Origin: Hyaloraphidium curvatum SAG 235-1
Taxonomy: Eukaryota; Fungi; Monoblepharomycota
NCBI GenBank assembly: GCA_025558095.1
Contig: JAIVFI010000010.1
Location: forward strand, 1-64,000
Direction of reading: 5' to 3'
Length of the DNA stretch: 64,000 nt
The notes beneath the pieces are model-generated. The model saw nothing but the letters and a program-made list of their open reading frames with translations. It ran no database searches and was not told the origin of the DNA. The translations under genes and the position numbers were made by a program. This document shows, one piece after another, positions 22,840-36,224 of this stretch; position 1 is the stretch's first letter, and the number at the start of each line of letters is the position of its first letter.

Positions 22840-23608
22840 CTAAAGCTTCGTCTGCGGCTTCTCCGACGCCACGCTCGGCCTCGCCGACACCATTCCGTGC
22901 CACGCCCGCAGCGCCTTCAGATCCTCGGGCACCGGCACCCCCGCCACCGTCCCGAAATCAACCGTGGTGAGCAGCACGATGTCTGCCATGGAAAAGCCGA
23001 CCTTGTCCTTCCCGGGGTTGTCCACGTCCGCGAGGAAGGTCCCCTCCCCCGCCTGCGCGAACAGGCGGTCGAGCCACCTCAAGGATTGGAGGTACCGCGC
23101 CCTGCTTTCCTCCCCGAACTTGGGGAACCTCTTCAGCCCGAACTTTTCGGCGTACGCCGCCGTCGCCGGGTGGGAATTGATCCACACTTGGCCGAGCGGG
23201 CCCATGACCCTCATCTCGGCCCGTCGGATCCACATGTCGACCGCGCCGCGGGAGTAGGCGTCCGTGCCGAACAGCGGCGGGGAGGGGAAGAGGGCGTCGA
23301 GGTACCGCGCGATGGCGACGGACTCGGAGATGTGCCGGCCGTCGGGGAACGCGAGCGTGGGGACTGGGAGACATACGTCGTCAGGAGCCCATCCGCCACG
23401 GCACCGCGTCCGCCGTACCCTGTCCCATCACATTCCGCTTCATGTGCTCCTCGCCCTTCTGCTCCGCCTTGGCCAGCTGCACGTTCTTGGCCGGCAGCGA
23501 CGCGAGGGCGCCGCCCTTCTCGCGGAGGAAGATGTGCACGCGCCGCGGGTTGGGCGCGGGGAGCGGGGCCGTGTAGAGCACGTGCGCCGAGACGGAGGCG
23601 TCGGACAT
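22840..23608 (-). CDS. Glutathione S-transferase (GTT2/bacterial-type)
   Basis: PAPNPRRVHIFLREKG, GQ|VPTL, ISESVAIARYLD, FSMADI. One intron. Confidence 0.88.
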
Positions 23609-23869
23609 CGCGTGCGGAGAGGGGAAGGGTCTCCGAAGGGCGGGTCGAGGAAGGGAAGAGGGCGCCGCCCAGGGTGCGGGAAGCGGGGAAACAGCTGCCC
23701 CGGCCGCCGCCCAGCTCGGCCACTTCAATGCGCAGGGCAGATTCAACCTCTTCGAAGAATGTGCGCATCACAATTCAGAGACAGGGCCGCTCCTTGACCA
23801 GCTTGCGACTAGATCCGCGCCTGCACGGACGCACCCAACTCCCATCAGCTCGTGACGTATATAGATCCA

Positions 23870-24640
23870 GTAGATGGATGGGCGGAGAATTGGCATGGAA
23901 GTCAGCCGAGGGCGGAGGGGGGGCACTGAGCAGCGTGGTGGGCGGGATGGTGGGAGGCGTCGCGGGGTGCGGACCGCCCGGAAGCGAGTGACGCCGACCA
24001 AGCAGGTTCCTCGCCGGCGTCGGCCACGGACGAGGACGACAAGGATTTTGCGGACAACGAGGAACTGCTTTTGGAGGAGGACCGTTCCGCGGGAAACGGG
24101 GGATGGTGAACGTCCGCGTGCTCGGGAGCAAGGCCAAGAAGCCCGCTGCGAGGCGGTCGCAGCTGCGAAAGCGCTGCCTCGCGCGATCAAGGAACCGCGC
24201 TTCGAAGCGTTCCGCACGAGCCGGCGGAGTCTTCGTCGGAGTCGGAAGCAGAAGCGCGCAGCAAGAGACGCCGGTGTGGACCGGACGGCGGGCTCCCGAA
24301 CGCCAAGCTCCGCAAAGTGCTCGGATGCCCGCGATCTGCCAACTACGGCCCCGAGAGCCCGGGCGGGGGCATCCGGTGCTCGGGGCACAGGCTCCCGGGC
24401 ATGGTGATCAAAGGCATCCGTTGCTCCGAGCCGGGATGCGGCAACTTCCCCTGGTTCCGGGTCGTGGCGACCGGGAACGCGGGGTACTGCCGCGCGCACC
24501 GCCGCCCGGGGACGACGTTCCGCAGCCACTGCTTTTCGTTCGGCTGCAGGAAGGGCGGGGCCTACGGGCGCCCGGGGAGCATCGACAGGTGGTGCGACGT
24601 GCACAGAGAGGACGACGTGGTCGTGCTGGCGGAGAGAAGT
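23870..24640 (+). pseudogene. EsV-1-7-like repeat gene, copy 3, truncated and degenerate
   Basis: WMGGELAWKSAEGGGGALSSVVGGMVGG aligns to the copy 2 linker. Repeat 1 is deleted (sequence resumes at GMVN). Repeat 2 has Cys to Arg. Repeats 3-4 are retained (CSEPGCGNFPWF..YCRAH; CFSFGCRKGG..WCDVH). Stops and frameshifts present. Confidence 0.7.
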
Positions 24641-25203
24641 AGGTCTCGCAGACGCGCCGGAACGACACACCGATCTGACGGTTCAGCAGCCATCTTATCT
24701 TCATTTTGTCGCTTCTTCCTCTCTGTTACCGGCTACAACGACTGACGGGCGACGAGCGCACGGGCGCTGTGCGGCGCCGACGGCCGGAGACCGCCGATCG
24801 AATCGAGCTGGACTCCAAGTGCACTCTCTTGCACCCCTCCGCATTGCGCGCGACTGTTGCGTTCGGAACTCAACCAAGCCTACCTGCATGTGCATTATCC
24901 TGCTCGTTGCCCATGGATCTCCACCGTTGCAATGTGGTGGAACAACGTGTGGGTGGTGCCTGCATTCGCCCTGCGATCGTGCCGGCCAACGTTACCTTGC
25001 AGATTGATCTGGAGAAATCGTGGGCAGGGAAGGAATATCGGGTAGCAAGTTGTGGAGGACAGTAGCCAGAGAACTAGTAGCGGCGTCGAACCTGCGGAGT
25101 GCGGGTTTCTGATGTAGCCGCACTAAGACTCCGTGACGTGTCGCCTCGACTCACCCCCCACCACCACCTCGTCTCCCCGCGCCAAACGACGCCGCCACGA
25201 GCC

Positions 25204-27233
25204 ATGTCCCTCCTGCGTCCCCTCCCTCTCGGTCTCCTGCGCCGGGCGGCCTCCGCTCCGTGCCGCCGCGGCTTCGCCACGGAGGGCGGCGGCAAGGGCG
25301 GCTGCCCCTTCTCCGAGTCGTCGATGAAGGTCGTGCAAGCCACAGGTCGGCGCCGCTGCGACCCTGCCGACGCGGCGCTGAACCTGACGACATTTTCACC
25401 ACGCGACGGACTCGATGCTCTACCTCCCGACACGCGGCAGTCCCCATCCTCGAGAAGGGCGGCGAGACCCTCACCCGCGCGTTCTACGGACGGATGTTCG
25501 CCAAGGACCCCGAAGTCAAGGCTTACTTCAACCCTGCGCACCAGGCTAGGACTCTGCGCCTTCTTCTCACGTACGCGTGGTTGATGTGTGACGCGTGGGC
25601 GCCTCCAGGCCACGAGCGCTCAGCCCCGCGCCCTCGCCGACTCGATTCTCGCGTTCGCCAAGAACATCGAGAGCCTGGGGGAGCTCAAGCCGGCGATTGA
25701 ACTGATCGCACAGAAGGTGCGCTCGGCTTCCTGCAGCGCGGTGCCGTCTCTGATCGAAGGATTCGCCCTCCAGCACGTCGCTCTCGACATCAAGAGGCAA
25801 CACTACCCCATTGTGGGCCGTAATTTGCTCGCTGCAATGGAGGTCAGCTTGCTCGGGCTCGTTTTCCGCCTTCCTGATGCCTGATCGTGGTTTCAGGAGG
25901 TCCTGGGCAAGGACACGGCGACGCCCGAGGTGATCAAGGGTTGGGGCGAGGCCTACGGTGAGTTTGTTCCCGAGTTCCTGTTCGTGAAACCTAAGTATTT
26001 GTGCCCAGGTTTCCTCGCGAACGTGCTGGCGGACCGGGAGCAGGCCATCTACGACGAGCTGCAGAGCCAGCCTGGAGGCTGGATCGGGCGCCGCGCCTTC
26101 GAAGTCACCCGCAAGGTCAGGAAGTCCGAGTTCATCACGAGCATTTCGATGAGGTCGGTTCCATTCACCATTTGTTTGCGAAAGGGACGCCGAATGACGC
26201 CGATCTCCAGGCCCAAGGACGGCGGTCCCCTCCCGTTCCACAAGGCGGGCCAGTACCTCACGATCTACCCCTCGGAGTCGATGCCGTCCGACATCCCGCG
26301 CCCGATCGCCCCGCGCAATTACTCCATCTCGTCGCCGCCGGGATCGGCGGAGCTGAGGATCACGGTCAAGCGGGAGGCCGGGGCGGGAGGGAATCCACCG
26401 GGGGTGTTCTCCAACTGGATCCACGACGCGGTCAAGGTATATGGCGGCCCGTTGACAATGCTCAATTGCTCACTGCGGCTCAGGTCGGAGACACGATCGA
26501 GCTCGGTCCCCCGGTCGGCAACTTCTTCCTCGACGAGGAGGCGATCCACAAGCGCCCTGCGTCGGTGACACCGCCCGATCTCCCTTTTTCGCGAGCTCAC
26601 GACAATCATTTTCTCAGGATTTTCCTCGGCGCCGGCGTCGGCCTCACCCCCTTCGTCCCCATGGTCCACGTGTGCAACCGCATCGCCCCCGCGCAGAAGA
26701 TCTACTGGTTCTACTCCGCCGGATCGTCGGACTTCCACCCGCTGATCGAGGAGGAGGTCGAGGAGCTGGCGATGATGAACAACAACGTCACCACCGTCGT
26801 GGCGTGTATGTTGTCGCGGGTTTCCGGGTGCACGATCACGCAGTGACTTCGCCCGCACCGCAGATGACCGGGCCCAGCCGAACGACGAGCCCGACTTCTA
26901 CGGCCGCTTCACCCCGCGCGGAGTGCTCCAGCTGGCCAAGATCCGCGACATGAGGAACGTCGACATTTACGTGTGCGGACCGAAGCCGTTCATGGGCAAG
27001 GTCGGTGCCCCGGGCGTGATCGACGCTGCGTCGCCGGGCGACTCATGATCGCCCCGCTGTAGATGATCGGGGGGTTCCTCAAGCTCGGCGTACCCAAGGA
27101 AAGGGTGCACTTCGAGTTCTTCGGCCCTGCCCAGTCGGATTGGCAGGTCGAGGCGGTGCGTTCTTCGTGCGCTCGAGCCATTACCCGGCGCTGACTTCCA
27201 TGCCTGCAGGAGGAAGTCTTGCACATCCAGTGA
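25204..27233 (+). CDS. YHB1: Flavohemoglobin (nitric oxide dioxygenase) with mitochondrial-type presequence, about 11 introns
   Basis: Globin part FYGRMF..FNPAHQ..QPRALA..KHVAL..HYPIVG. Reductase part GQYL, PRNYSIS, GVFSNW, GAGVGLTPF, YVCGPKPFM, HFEFFGP. Confidence 0.9.
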
Positions 27234-27362
27234 TATCCGTGCCCATCAGTAGATCTTCTAGTGTACATCTTTGGGCCCTTGTGGTATCTCCAATTCATCA
27301 CCCTTGCCGAAGCCCAGCCCGCCCATGATTCATTCTCCTTTCCCGTCCGAGGCGACATCCAA

Positions 27363-28979
27363 TCAAGCCTCCCCATGCGCACGACCGCCGTGCTTCCCAG
27401 CCCACGACTTGTAGTCCGCAAAGGTCGCCGCTACGACCTCGTTCCACACATCGCCCAGCGAAGCCCAGTACGCTTCCAGCTCCCTCGACTCCGCGTCCCC
27501 CGGCAGCGTCTCCGAAATGCTGTCCCTGGCACTCCCGTCCGACCGCACGACGAGGTCGATCCCCTCGTCTTCCCTGAAGGCCGCGACGAATGCGTCCCGC
27601 CCGCGCTCCTTGACCGCCTCGGAGATGTCGAGCTCCATCGTCGAGCCCTTGCAGAGGTACCGATCGTGCAGGCCCCGGAGCATGTTCTCGACCGCGGGAT
27701 CGCCCGATCGCATGGCGTCGAGGAGCACGGCGTGGTCCTCGAGGAAGACCGCGTTCTCGACGCAGAGGCAGCGCACGAGGTAGCCTCGGAAGGCGGGCCA
27801 GGAAGGGGAGCGGGAGGCGACGGAGATGAAGTCCAGGTACGGGGTCGAGCTGATCCAGGAGCTACGGCGCGATTCGGAAGCGGGCTCCTTGGGCGTCGGC
27901 ATCGGGCCGTGGTCCACCGGGGGAGGAGGGGGAGGGCGAAGTAGGTCGTAGACGAGGGGGACGATGACGGAGCCGACGTGGATGGCGAGGAAGGCGGCGA
28001 TCGGCCAGATGTAGACCGTCACGCCGGCCAGGAGTCCTGCCGAAGAGCACCGTGTCAGCATGAATGCTCTGAAAAGCGGAAACGCTCCCACCGAGGACGA
28101 AGAGGTTCTCGGACAGCGTCCACCCGAGCATCATCGCATACGCCAGCACGCCAAGCACCTGCCCGACGACAATCTCGATCATGATCCCGTACGCATCACG
28201 CCTGATCTTGCTGAGGCGGTACAGGCTGTAGGGAAAGACAATCACGAAGAAGACTCCCAGGACTGCCACATGGCGGAGGTGAGCGATTACAGTGATCGCC
28301 CATTCGGAGGCGAACACGCACTCGCGGTCTGAACGTAGAATTCAGGACCTCCGGGGCAGATTCCGAGCGGGTTGACGGGCGGGTTCGGAACCAAGCCGTA
28401 CTGCATGTTCCGGAAGCCCGAGCCGGTGGTGACGAGTGATTGCTGCACGAGAATGTAGACAGTGAAGAGGCCGACGACGATGAGGGTGAGCTGCACGTCC
28501 GAGAGGCTGTGGCACAACGTGGAGGGCTCCGAGAGATCTTGGGAAGACGAGAGCTCGTCGCGAAACTGCGTAATGGGTGGGAAAAGGGACGATCAGTGAC
28601 CACGCCGCGCACTCGGGGCAGATACTACCTTCTGCGCTTCAGAGTCGAGTACGAGACGGCGAGCGCGCGCAGCGACGCTGTAGTAAGCCAGGAAGCCACC
28701 CCAAGGCAGCAGCGTCGATTGAAGTGCGCACGGGTACCCAGAACTCCACTCGAATGCCGCGTACGAGAGCGCGACGGATACGAACACGGTTCCGCCGAGC
28801 GCGCCGACTGCCGTCAGGAACACGGGGCGGCGGCGCAGACTGGGGCTGCCGAGCGACATCGAGCCCGGCGGGCGGTAGAACAGGGCGCGGTAGAGGAAGG
28901 CGGCGGCGGTGAGGAGGAACAACGCGAGCGCGACGGCCGTCGCCGTGATGTAGGCCGTGGAGAACTGTGGAAGCGCCAT
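27363..28979 (-). CDS. Multi-pass membrane receptor fused to an RGS domain (7TM-RGS, GprK/AtRGS1-like architecture)
   Basis: Several TM exons (YPCALQ, RDAYGIMIEI) followed by RGS motifs AFRGYLVRCLCVENAVFL and YLCKGSTMELDIS. Confidence 0.75.
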
Positions 28980-29245
28980 CTTTTAGCCGCGGACACCGAA
29001 GCGCGATGAGTGAATGCAGCGTTTTGGGGGATGGGCGGTGACCGTCGAGTCGGCGTGAGGCGCCGGGGAAGAAAAATCGATTCCCGCCCATCCCCGCTTC
29101 CCACAGCTAACTGGATCGAACATGCTGCTGCCGCTCAAATGACACGGAGCCAAAATTCCAAAGGCAATCTAATGAATAGGGCGACACAGGAGTCTAAGTT
29201 GTAGATCCCGCCGTCTTACCGCCAATAAACACCCGTATGCTCCCC

Positions 29246-31981
29246 TTAAAGCCCGAAGGCCTGAGCCATCATGAAAAAGAGCTCGGTGTTGTCGACCGTG
29301 CGCGAGCACACGCCCTGGCCAGGTCCGTAACTGGAAGAAAGGTGATTAGCGAGGAAGACGGGCGATCCAGGACCCGATTCTCACCAGTAGAGGGCAACGT
29401 CGATCATGGAGTGCACCGACTGGCCCTGGGTGCCGGGAAGGAGGCCGCTCTGGCCCGCGCCGTGGATGCCGTCCTTGGGGTTCTCGGTGTACGCGGTGTA
29501 GCCGACTGGAGGGGCAGATGGGGGCAGGGCGGGGAAACCCGAGGTCAAAGATCGGACCTGGGACGGCAAACGAGTCCAGCCCCACGGATGGAAGACAGGT
29601 TCTTGTTGGAGACGGCAGGGAGCCGCGTGAGCGGGTTGGTGCCGCTCTCGGGAGAGCGAACGAGAGTGAAGTTCTCGGAGCGCTCGGGACCGTCGACCTT
29701 GCCGCCGGCGAGGACGAAGCGACCGTCCCTGCAAACACAGTTAAGTCCCGATTCTCGGGCCAGCAGCGCAACGGCGTACCAGTTGACGGTCGCGCCGGTC
29801 TGGGGGTCCACGACGAGGTCAAAGAAGCCGGCGGTGTCGTACACGCCGATGGCCTGCTTCTTGAGGAACTGCGATCCACCGACGGCTTGGGCTTCCGGGG
29901 AGTCCTCGTCCGGAAGAGACGCCAAATACGCTGGAATAAGATCGCGTGGTAAGGACCAATGATCGTGCGAGGCCCAGAGCGGCGAAGCACGCACCGGTGT
30001 CCACGGAGCCGAAGACGTCGTAGGCCCTGAGCGCGATTACGGTTCAGAGACGAACGAGACGAACCTCGTTCCCAACTCACTGGCCGTGGTCGGCAGTCAC
30101 CATTATAAGGGTGTCGCCGTTCTTGGCGTAGTCCTTGACGTACTTGATCGCGCGGTCCATCTCGAGCAGGTCGGCCAGACCACGCTGATAGTCCTGCGGG
30201 TGCATGGACTTGTCCACGCTTGCAGCTTCGGCCATGAGATACCAGCCGTCGGAGCAGCGCTTGTCCATGACCTCGATCTGGAGGGGGAGGGCCTCGTCTA
30301 AGCCGAAGTTGGAGCCGTTCCAACGAAGGGTTCCCTACCGCCTTGGCAACCATCAGCTCGAGACCTGCCTGCTGGTAGTTGGTCTGCGGGAGGCCAAACG
30401 GGCTGGAGTTGGTGCGGCCGAGGTTGTCGGTCAGGAGCACGCGGTCGATCCAGGTGTCGAGGTTGTTGAACGTGAAGATGCCGAGGAGCTTCTGGTTGGT
30501 GCTGACGCCCTGCAGCTCGGGGGTCGTGGTGACGAGCTTGTAGCCCTTGGCCTGGTACTCCTGGTACATGTCGCGCCCCTTGAGAGGCTTGCAAGTCGAG
30601 GAGGCTGCGGCGGCATCAGCGTGTACCGCACGGCGACACGGGCTCCGATCCTCACTGTTGCAGAAGAACTCGCCGCCGCCGCCCAAGATGACGTCGGCTT
30701 GAACTGGCGGAGGAACCCAGTCCTTGAAGGTCTGCTCGAGGTTCTGCGCCGTGATCACGGCCTTGTCGCTGCGGCGGCGAGTGTGCGCCCAAACGGCCGC
30801 GGGGGTCGCGTCCTGGATCTCGGCGGTGGTCACGACGCCAATGCACGTGTTGGGGCGCTGAGCGGGTAGCGTTCAGAGAGTGCGGTCGCGGCAGACGAGA
30901 CGTAGGCGGCCGCTCACCACGCGACGGAGGTACTCGGCGAGCGTCTCGACCTTGGGGTCGTCGAGGGTGTCGGGACTGGTGTCTGCGTTGACGTTCAAAG
31001 TGTTGACAAAGCCCTTGTGGCCGCAGTTGTACGAAGCAGCCGAGTTGGCCGAGTCCGTAAGCATCGAGTCCATGCCGTTGGTCATGACCTTGCCCATGGT
31101 CATGTCCTTCTCGAGGTTCAGGAGGTTCTGGAAGTGTTTGCCATACCACGTCGGCCTGTCAGACGGAGGGAGCCACGTCAGCGACGAAATCCGGCGCGAG
31201 AGCACCAACTGCTCACTCCGAGATGGCGCGGGCGGCGGTGATCATGGCCGGGCTCATGCCGTCGCCGATGAAGAAGGCGACCTTCTTGGCGAGCCGGCCC
31301 TGGTTGGCGAACGACCTGACGTTCCACCTGCCGAAGACGACCTGCGGAGTCGACAAATCGCGCCGGCCGCCGGTGAAGACGCCGGGGATTTCGCAGCGGT
31401 AGGCGAAGCTGCCCGTCGAGTCGAACTTGTTCGAGCGCCAGACGTAAGACGACACGCCGACGGGGGTCTTTAGGTTGGCGAACGAGGCGTTCATGTCCTG
31501 GACGGAAAGGGTGTTAGTCGCTGCTGTCAAATTGCGCGCAACAGGAGACCGCGGCACCTTGAAGTAGGTGTAGTTCCAGGTGTCCGCGACGGCGGGCCAG
31601 CTCTTGCCGAAGTACGCCGGCAGGTCCTGGCCCTCGACCTGGCATTTGAGGCCGGACAACGAGGGCGATCCGCAAACGCCGGAAGAGTTGGTAGCGCACT
31701 CGTTGTGCAGCTCCACGCGAATGTCAAAGTACTGGCCCTTGAGGAACTCGGCGCCATCCGGAGGGACGATGGACAGGAAGCCGTAACGAGGAGCCGCGCG
31801 GTAGCGGTTGAACTGGCCGGGCAGGGGCTGTCAAGTGGAACGTGTCAGTTGAAGTAACCCAGCGACGGAGGTAAGAGCTCGCCTGCGAGGGACCGTCGTA
31901 GACCTTCTTCTGCGCCTCGACGGGGCTGCACGCCAGGCAAAGCGCCGCCACTGCGGCGAAGCTGATCGCCTTGATCATCAT
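29246..31981 (-). CDS. Secreted alkaline phosphatase, many introns
   Basis: Signal peptide; FFIGDGM, TDSANSA (catalytic Ser), DATPAA, DVILGGG, EAASVDKSMH, VTADH, HSMIDV, DNTELF. Confidence 0.92.
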
Positions 31982-32890
31982 CGCGGCCTCCTGGACGTGT
32001 CAAGGGCTGGAGCGAGGCAACAGAGTGAGTCTTCCATCCTCGGTAGAGCCCCTCATGGCCACGACACCGCGCGATGGCCGCGGCGGATTCTTCGATGAGG
32101 CCGAAAACGTCCCCATCCTGACGCGGAACCGTAGCGCGTCTCCCTAGCCTGTCCGCGCCGCCGGTCCCGTCTGCCTTCGAGAGACGTGTTCCCGCACACG
32201 TCTCCGCTGCTCACCTCAGTTCCAGAATCCGATGTGCCGGCGATGGCGTCCGTCGGACCTTCGCGCCCGTTCCGTGCCTTAATGCGGCTCAAAGCGGATA
32301 AAGATTTGGAGACCTTTCCAGCCCGCGTGGCGGCGGTGCCCCGTCCACGCGCTCAACGACCCGCACCCGTTTCTCTCTCTGCGCGCCGCTAGGAATGAAG
32401 CATCCGCGGAGGATTGCCCGGAAATTCAACGGCGCCTCAGGAGAACGCGCGCTGAGCATCGCTGTCGAATCGCGTGCAAGTCGACAGTTCTCATGCCGTC
32501 CGCGGCCGAGCGCGGGTGCCACACGGCCACAAAGCCAAAGGCTGGTTGGCGAAGGGTTCGAACAGCGCAGTCGGTCTTGAAGACCATGAGGTACAGTCTG
32601 AGGCCAGTCTCGAAGGATCGAACGGCCCGACTCGACAGTCGCCGCAGCGGTGTTCGGCGCGCGGGAGATGAACCCTCGCTGCCACGGCCGACGCGACGAT
32701 CGTTGCGGGAGGCTCGGGCCGTTGCCCAGAATAGAAGAGTTCCATCAGTCCGCAGCGCAGGTTGCCCCGGAGACGGCCGGTCCGAGTCCCTTTGCGACGC
32801 GCGACGCCTTGCTTTGTTTACTCGCGTCGGGGCCACTCGGGCCGCCGTGGGGCCCTCCCGTGCCACTCCTCCCTCCCGCCGCGCGTCTGA

Positions 32891-35800
32891 ATGACCGCAT
32901 TGTCGGTTGCCGCGCGGAGGGTGGCTCTCCGTGGCCCGGCGGGGCCCCGATGCCTCGACACGGGGCGGGCGCCACTTCGGGGACTTTCTCGTTCTTCTTC
33001 GGCGCCGCGGGACAGGCGGACTTCGCCATCTCCTCCGTCCGCTCCTTATGTTCTTGAAACAGTTGGAAGGATATTGGCTGGAACCCGGCCTGCCCCGGCC
33101 AACGCCGTCCGCGGCTACGCCTCGCACGCACCGCATCCGAAACCCCCCTCCACGGTCCCGCCGTACATGATCAGGAACCTCGGGATCATCGCCCACATTG
33201 ATGCCGGCAAGACGACTACCACGGAGCGCGTGCTGTTTTACGCCGGGTACACGAACAAGATGGGTGAGGTGGACGACGGTACGACCGTCACGGACTTTCT
33301 GGAGGAGGAGAGGAGGAGAGGCATCACGATTCGGAGTGCGGTGGTGCCTCTTGGGTGGAAGGTTGGAGGTGGGCCACCCTGGAATCGCCCACGGCTGGTC
33401 AACTGCTCACCATTGCATCCTGATACGTCGTCTGCCTCGCCGGCACGACCTGGAATCTACTTCCCGCGGTCATGAACAGCAAAATCCTATCTCATCAACC
33501 TTATCGACACCCCTGGCCACGCGGACTTTACTTTCGAGGTGGAGCGGAGCCTCCGTGTTCTCGACGGGGCGGTCGTGATCCTCGATGGCGTCGCCGGCGT
33601 CGAGGCCCAAACGGAGGGCGTTTGGCGCCAAGCGGACTGGAGTTGGAGCGGGACCGGCTACGCTGTTGCCCCTTCCCCGGCCTCTTCCGCTTCCGAGGGT
33701 GGCGGAAGCGCCCAGGCACCTGGCTCGGAAGAGGATCAGCGGGTCCTCGTCATGCCGCGGCTGGTCTACGTCAACAAAATGGACCGGATCGGATCGTCTT
33801 TCCAGAAATGCCTCTCGGAACTGGAGCGGAAGCTGGCCCCCCTGACCCCGCGACCGGGCTACCTCACCGCCCCCTCGGCGGTGCCCACCTCGGACCCCAA
33901 CCAGGGCCTCGCGGTCGGCACCAACCGGACATTCCTCCCCATCCAATGGCCCATCGTCAGCTCCGCCGGCATGGGGATGGCGGGCAACGGTTTCGTCGGA
34001 GTGGTCGACCTCGTGCGTTGGGAGGCGCTCACCTGGCCGACAAAGGACGGCAGCCTGGTCCAGCGAGACCGGATCACGGGACCCGAGACGCTGGCGATGC
34101 TGCCCGAGGAAGAACAGCAGGCGGTTTACGACCGGGCGGTCGGCGCGAGGGAATCGCTGGTGGATTCGCTCGCTTCGCTGGACGATGGCTTCGTGGAAGC
34201 CTTCCTCGCCCCGGGCGTCGACGGGGACCCCTCCAAACTGCCTCCCGCGGACATTGTCGCGAGCCTGCGGAAGCTCACACGCGCGGGCCGCGCGGTGCCC
34301 GTCCTCTGCGGGAGCTCGGCGCACTGCATGGGTGTGCAGCCCGTGCTCGACGCCGTCTGCGAGCTGCTTCCCGGACCCGTAGCGGATCCGCCGCCTTCCG
34401 AGGCCGGCAAGCCGTACCGCGCCCCAAAGTGGGACCCCAACAATGTGCAACTTTCCGCGCTGGCGTTCAAGGTGGTCCACTCCCCCGCTCACGGCGGCCC
34501 GCTCACGTTCGTCAGGGTCTACCGCGGCTGGCTCCCTCCCAAGCACCCCGTTTACAACCTCACCCGGCGCGTTGTCGAGAAACCGACCAAGGTGATGCAG
34601 GTCTACGCGGACGACTACGAGGAGGTGCCGCAGGGTCTGGACGGGGGCAAGATCGGCGTGCTCGTGGGGATGAAGGCCACGGGGACGGGGGACGTACTAC
34701 TCCTCCCCGTTCCTCACGGCCTCGGCAACCCGACGGCGGCAGGAGGGGGGAAGAAGAAGGCGCGTAAGGAGCAACCCGCCGCCCCACAGGCACACGGCGT
34801 GCCGACGATCCCGGTGCCCCCGCCCGTGTTCTTCACCTCGGCCGAAGCGGGGTCGGGCACGAACCAGGACGTCCTCCTGAACGCGCTGTCTATCCTCGCC
34901 AAGGAGGATCCGTCGTTGCGATACCGCGCGGACGAGGAGTCGGGGCAGCTGCTGGTCATGGGCATGGGCGAGCTGCACCTCGAGATTGTCGGCAACAGGT
35001 TGGGCAAGGAGTTCGGGGCCAAGGTGGCGTTTGGCAAGGTCCGGGTGGCGTACAGGGAGCGGCTCGACGCGGTCGAAGGCACGGTGAGGAAGGAGCTGCT
35101 CTGGGACAAGGAGATCTTTGGAAAGAAGCAGAAGGTGGGGGTGGTGGTTGAGATTTCCTCTACCTTGGGCCACGAGGAGCACGAGGACGGGGAATCGGCC
35201 AGCGACACCCATAGTGTTGCCGCACCGGCCTCCACGGCGGGGTCTGCAACAGCTGCGGCGCCTTCCGGCGCGGAATCGCCTCCCGCGGAAGACCCCGACA
35301 ACCCGTTCTCGTCGCCGACTCCGGACGAGGACAACAACGCCGTTATTGTGCCCTCGTTCCCCTTCACGCACGACGGCGGCATTCCGCTCCCGCCTGCGGA
35401 CCCCGATTGGGAACCCTCCCTTCCCTCGAGCTACGCCGACATATCCGAGTACCTCCTGGCCCTGCAGACGGGCGTTCAACAGGCTCTCCTCCGCGGGCCC
35501 GTGATCGCGGCGCCCCTCCGCTCCGTACGCGCTCGCGTGGTCTCGGCCACGCTGTACAACCCAGAGTGGTCGACTCCCTCAGCCTTGCGCGTGGCGGCGA
35601 GGCAGTGCGTCGCCGAGGCCGTGAGGGAGATCGGCACCCATATCCTCGAGCCCGTGGCGCTGGTTTCGGTCACCTGCCCCGAAGACTGCCTGGGCGTGGT
35701 CACGCGGGACCTGACCGCGCCCTCGGGCCGGCGCGGGCGGATCCTCGGGATGGCGCAGGTCGGGGACGACACGATGGTGACGGCAAAGTGCCCCGTGGCG

Positions 35801-35941
35801 ACCATGGGTTCGTACTCGAACGTGCTGCGGGGGCTGACGGCGGGCAAAGGCCGGTTCGGGATGCGGGTCACCGGCTTCGAGAGGGTCCTGGGCGGGGAGG
35901 ACAAGGAGATGGAGATCGTGCGGGAGATCAGGGGCTACTGA
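32891..35941 (+). CDS. MEF2: Mitochondrial ribosome-releasing factor 2 (EF-G2mt)
   Basis: Presequence; [36 protein letters not shown]. Intron about 33369-33479 removes an in-frame stop. Confidence 0.9.
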
Positions 35942-36224
35942 TGGCCGCGGCCACGCGGCGCGACGGTCGTCCATAGAAGAACATGGTTTCGAAGATTTTG
36001 AGCGGTTGACGACCCTGGTCGCCAAGAGATTCGAGAGCTCGATGTTGTTGGCCTAGCTGAGCGCGCTTGCTAAGCCTGTGGCTTGGTTCCGCAAGCTTTA
36101 TAGGCCGGCACAAATAGGCCCGGCGACAGAGTCCAGTCACCAACTTCCGCTCCATTCCACACCGCTGTCCGGCCTCGCCGGGCCTTCGAATCGAGTTTCA
36201 AACGCTCTCCACTCCTCTCTCGAC

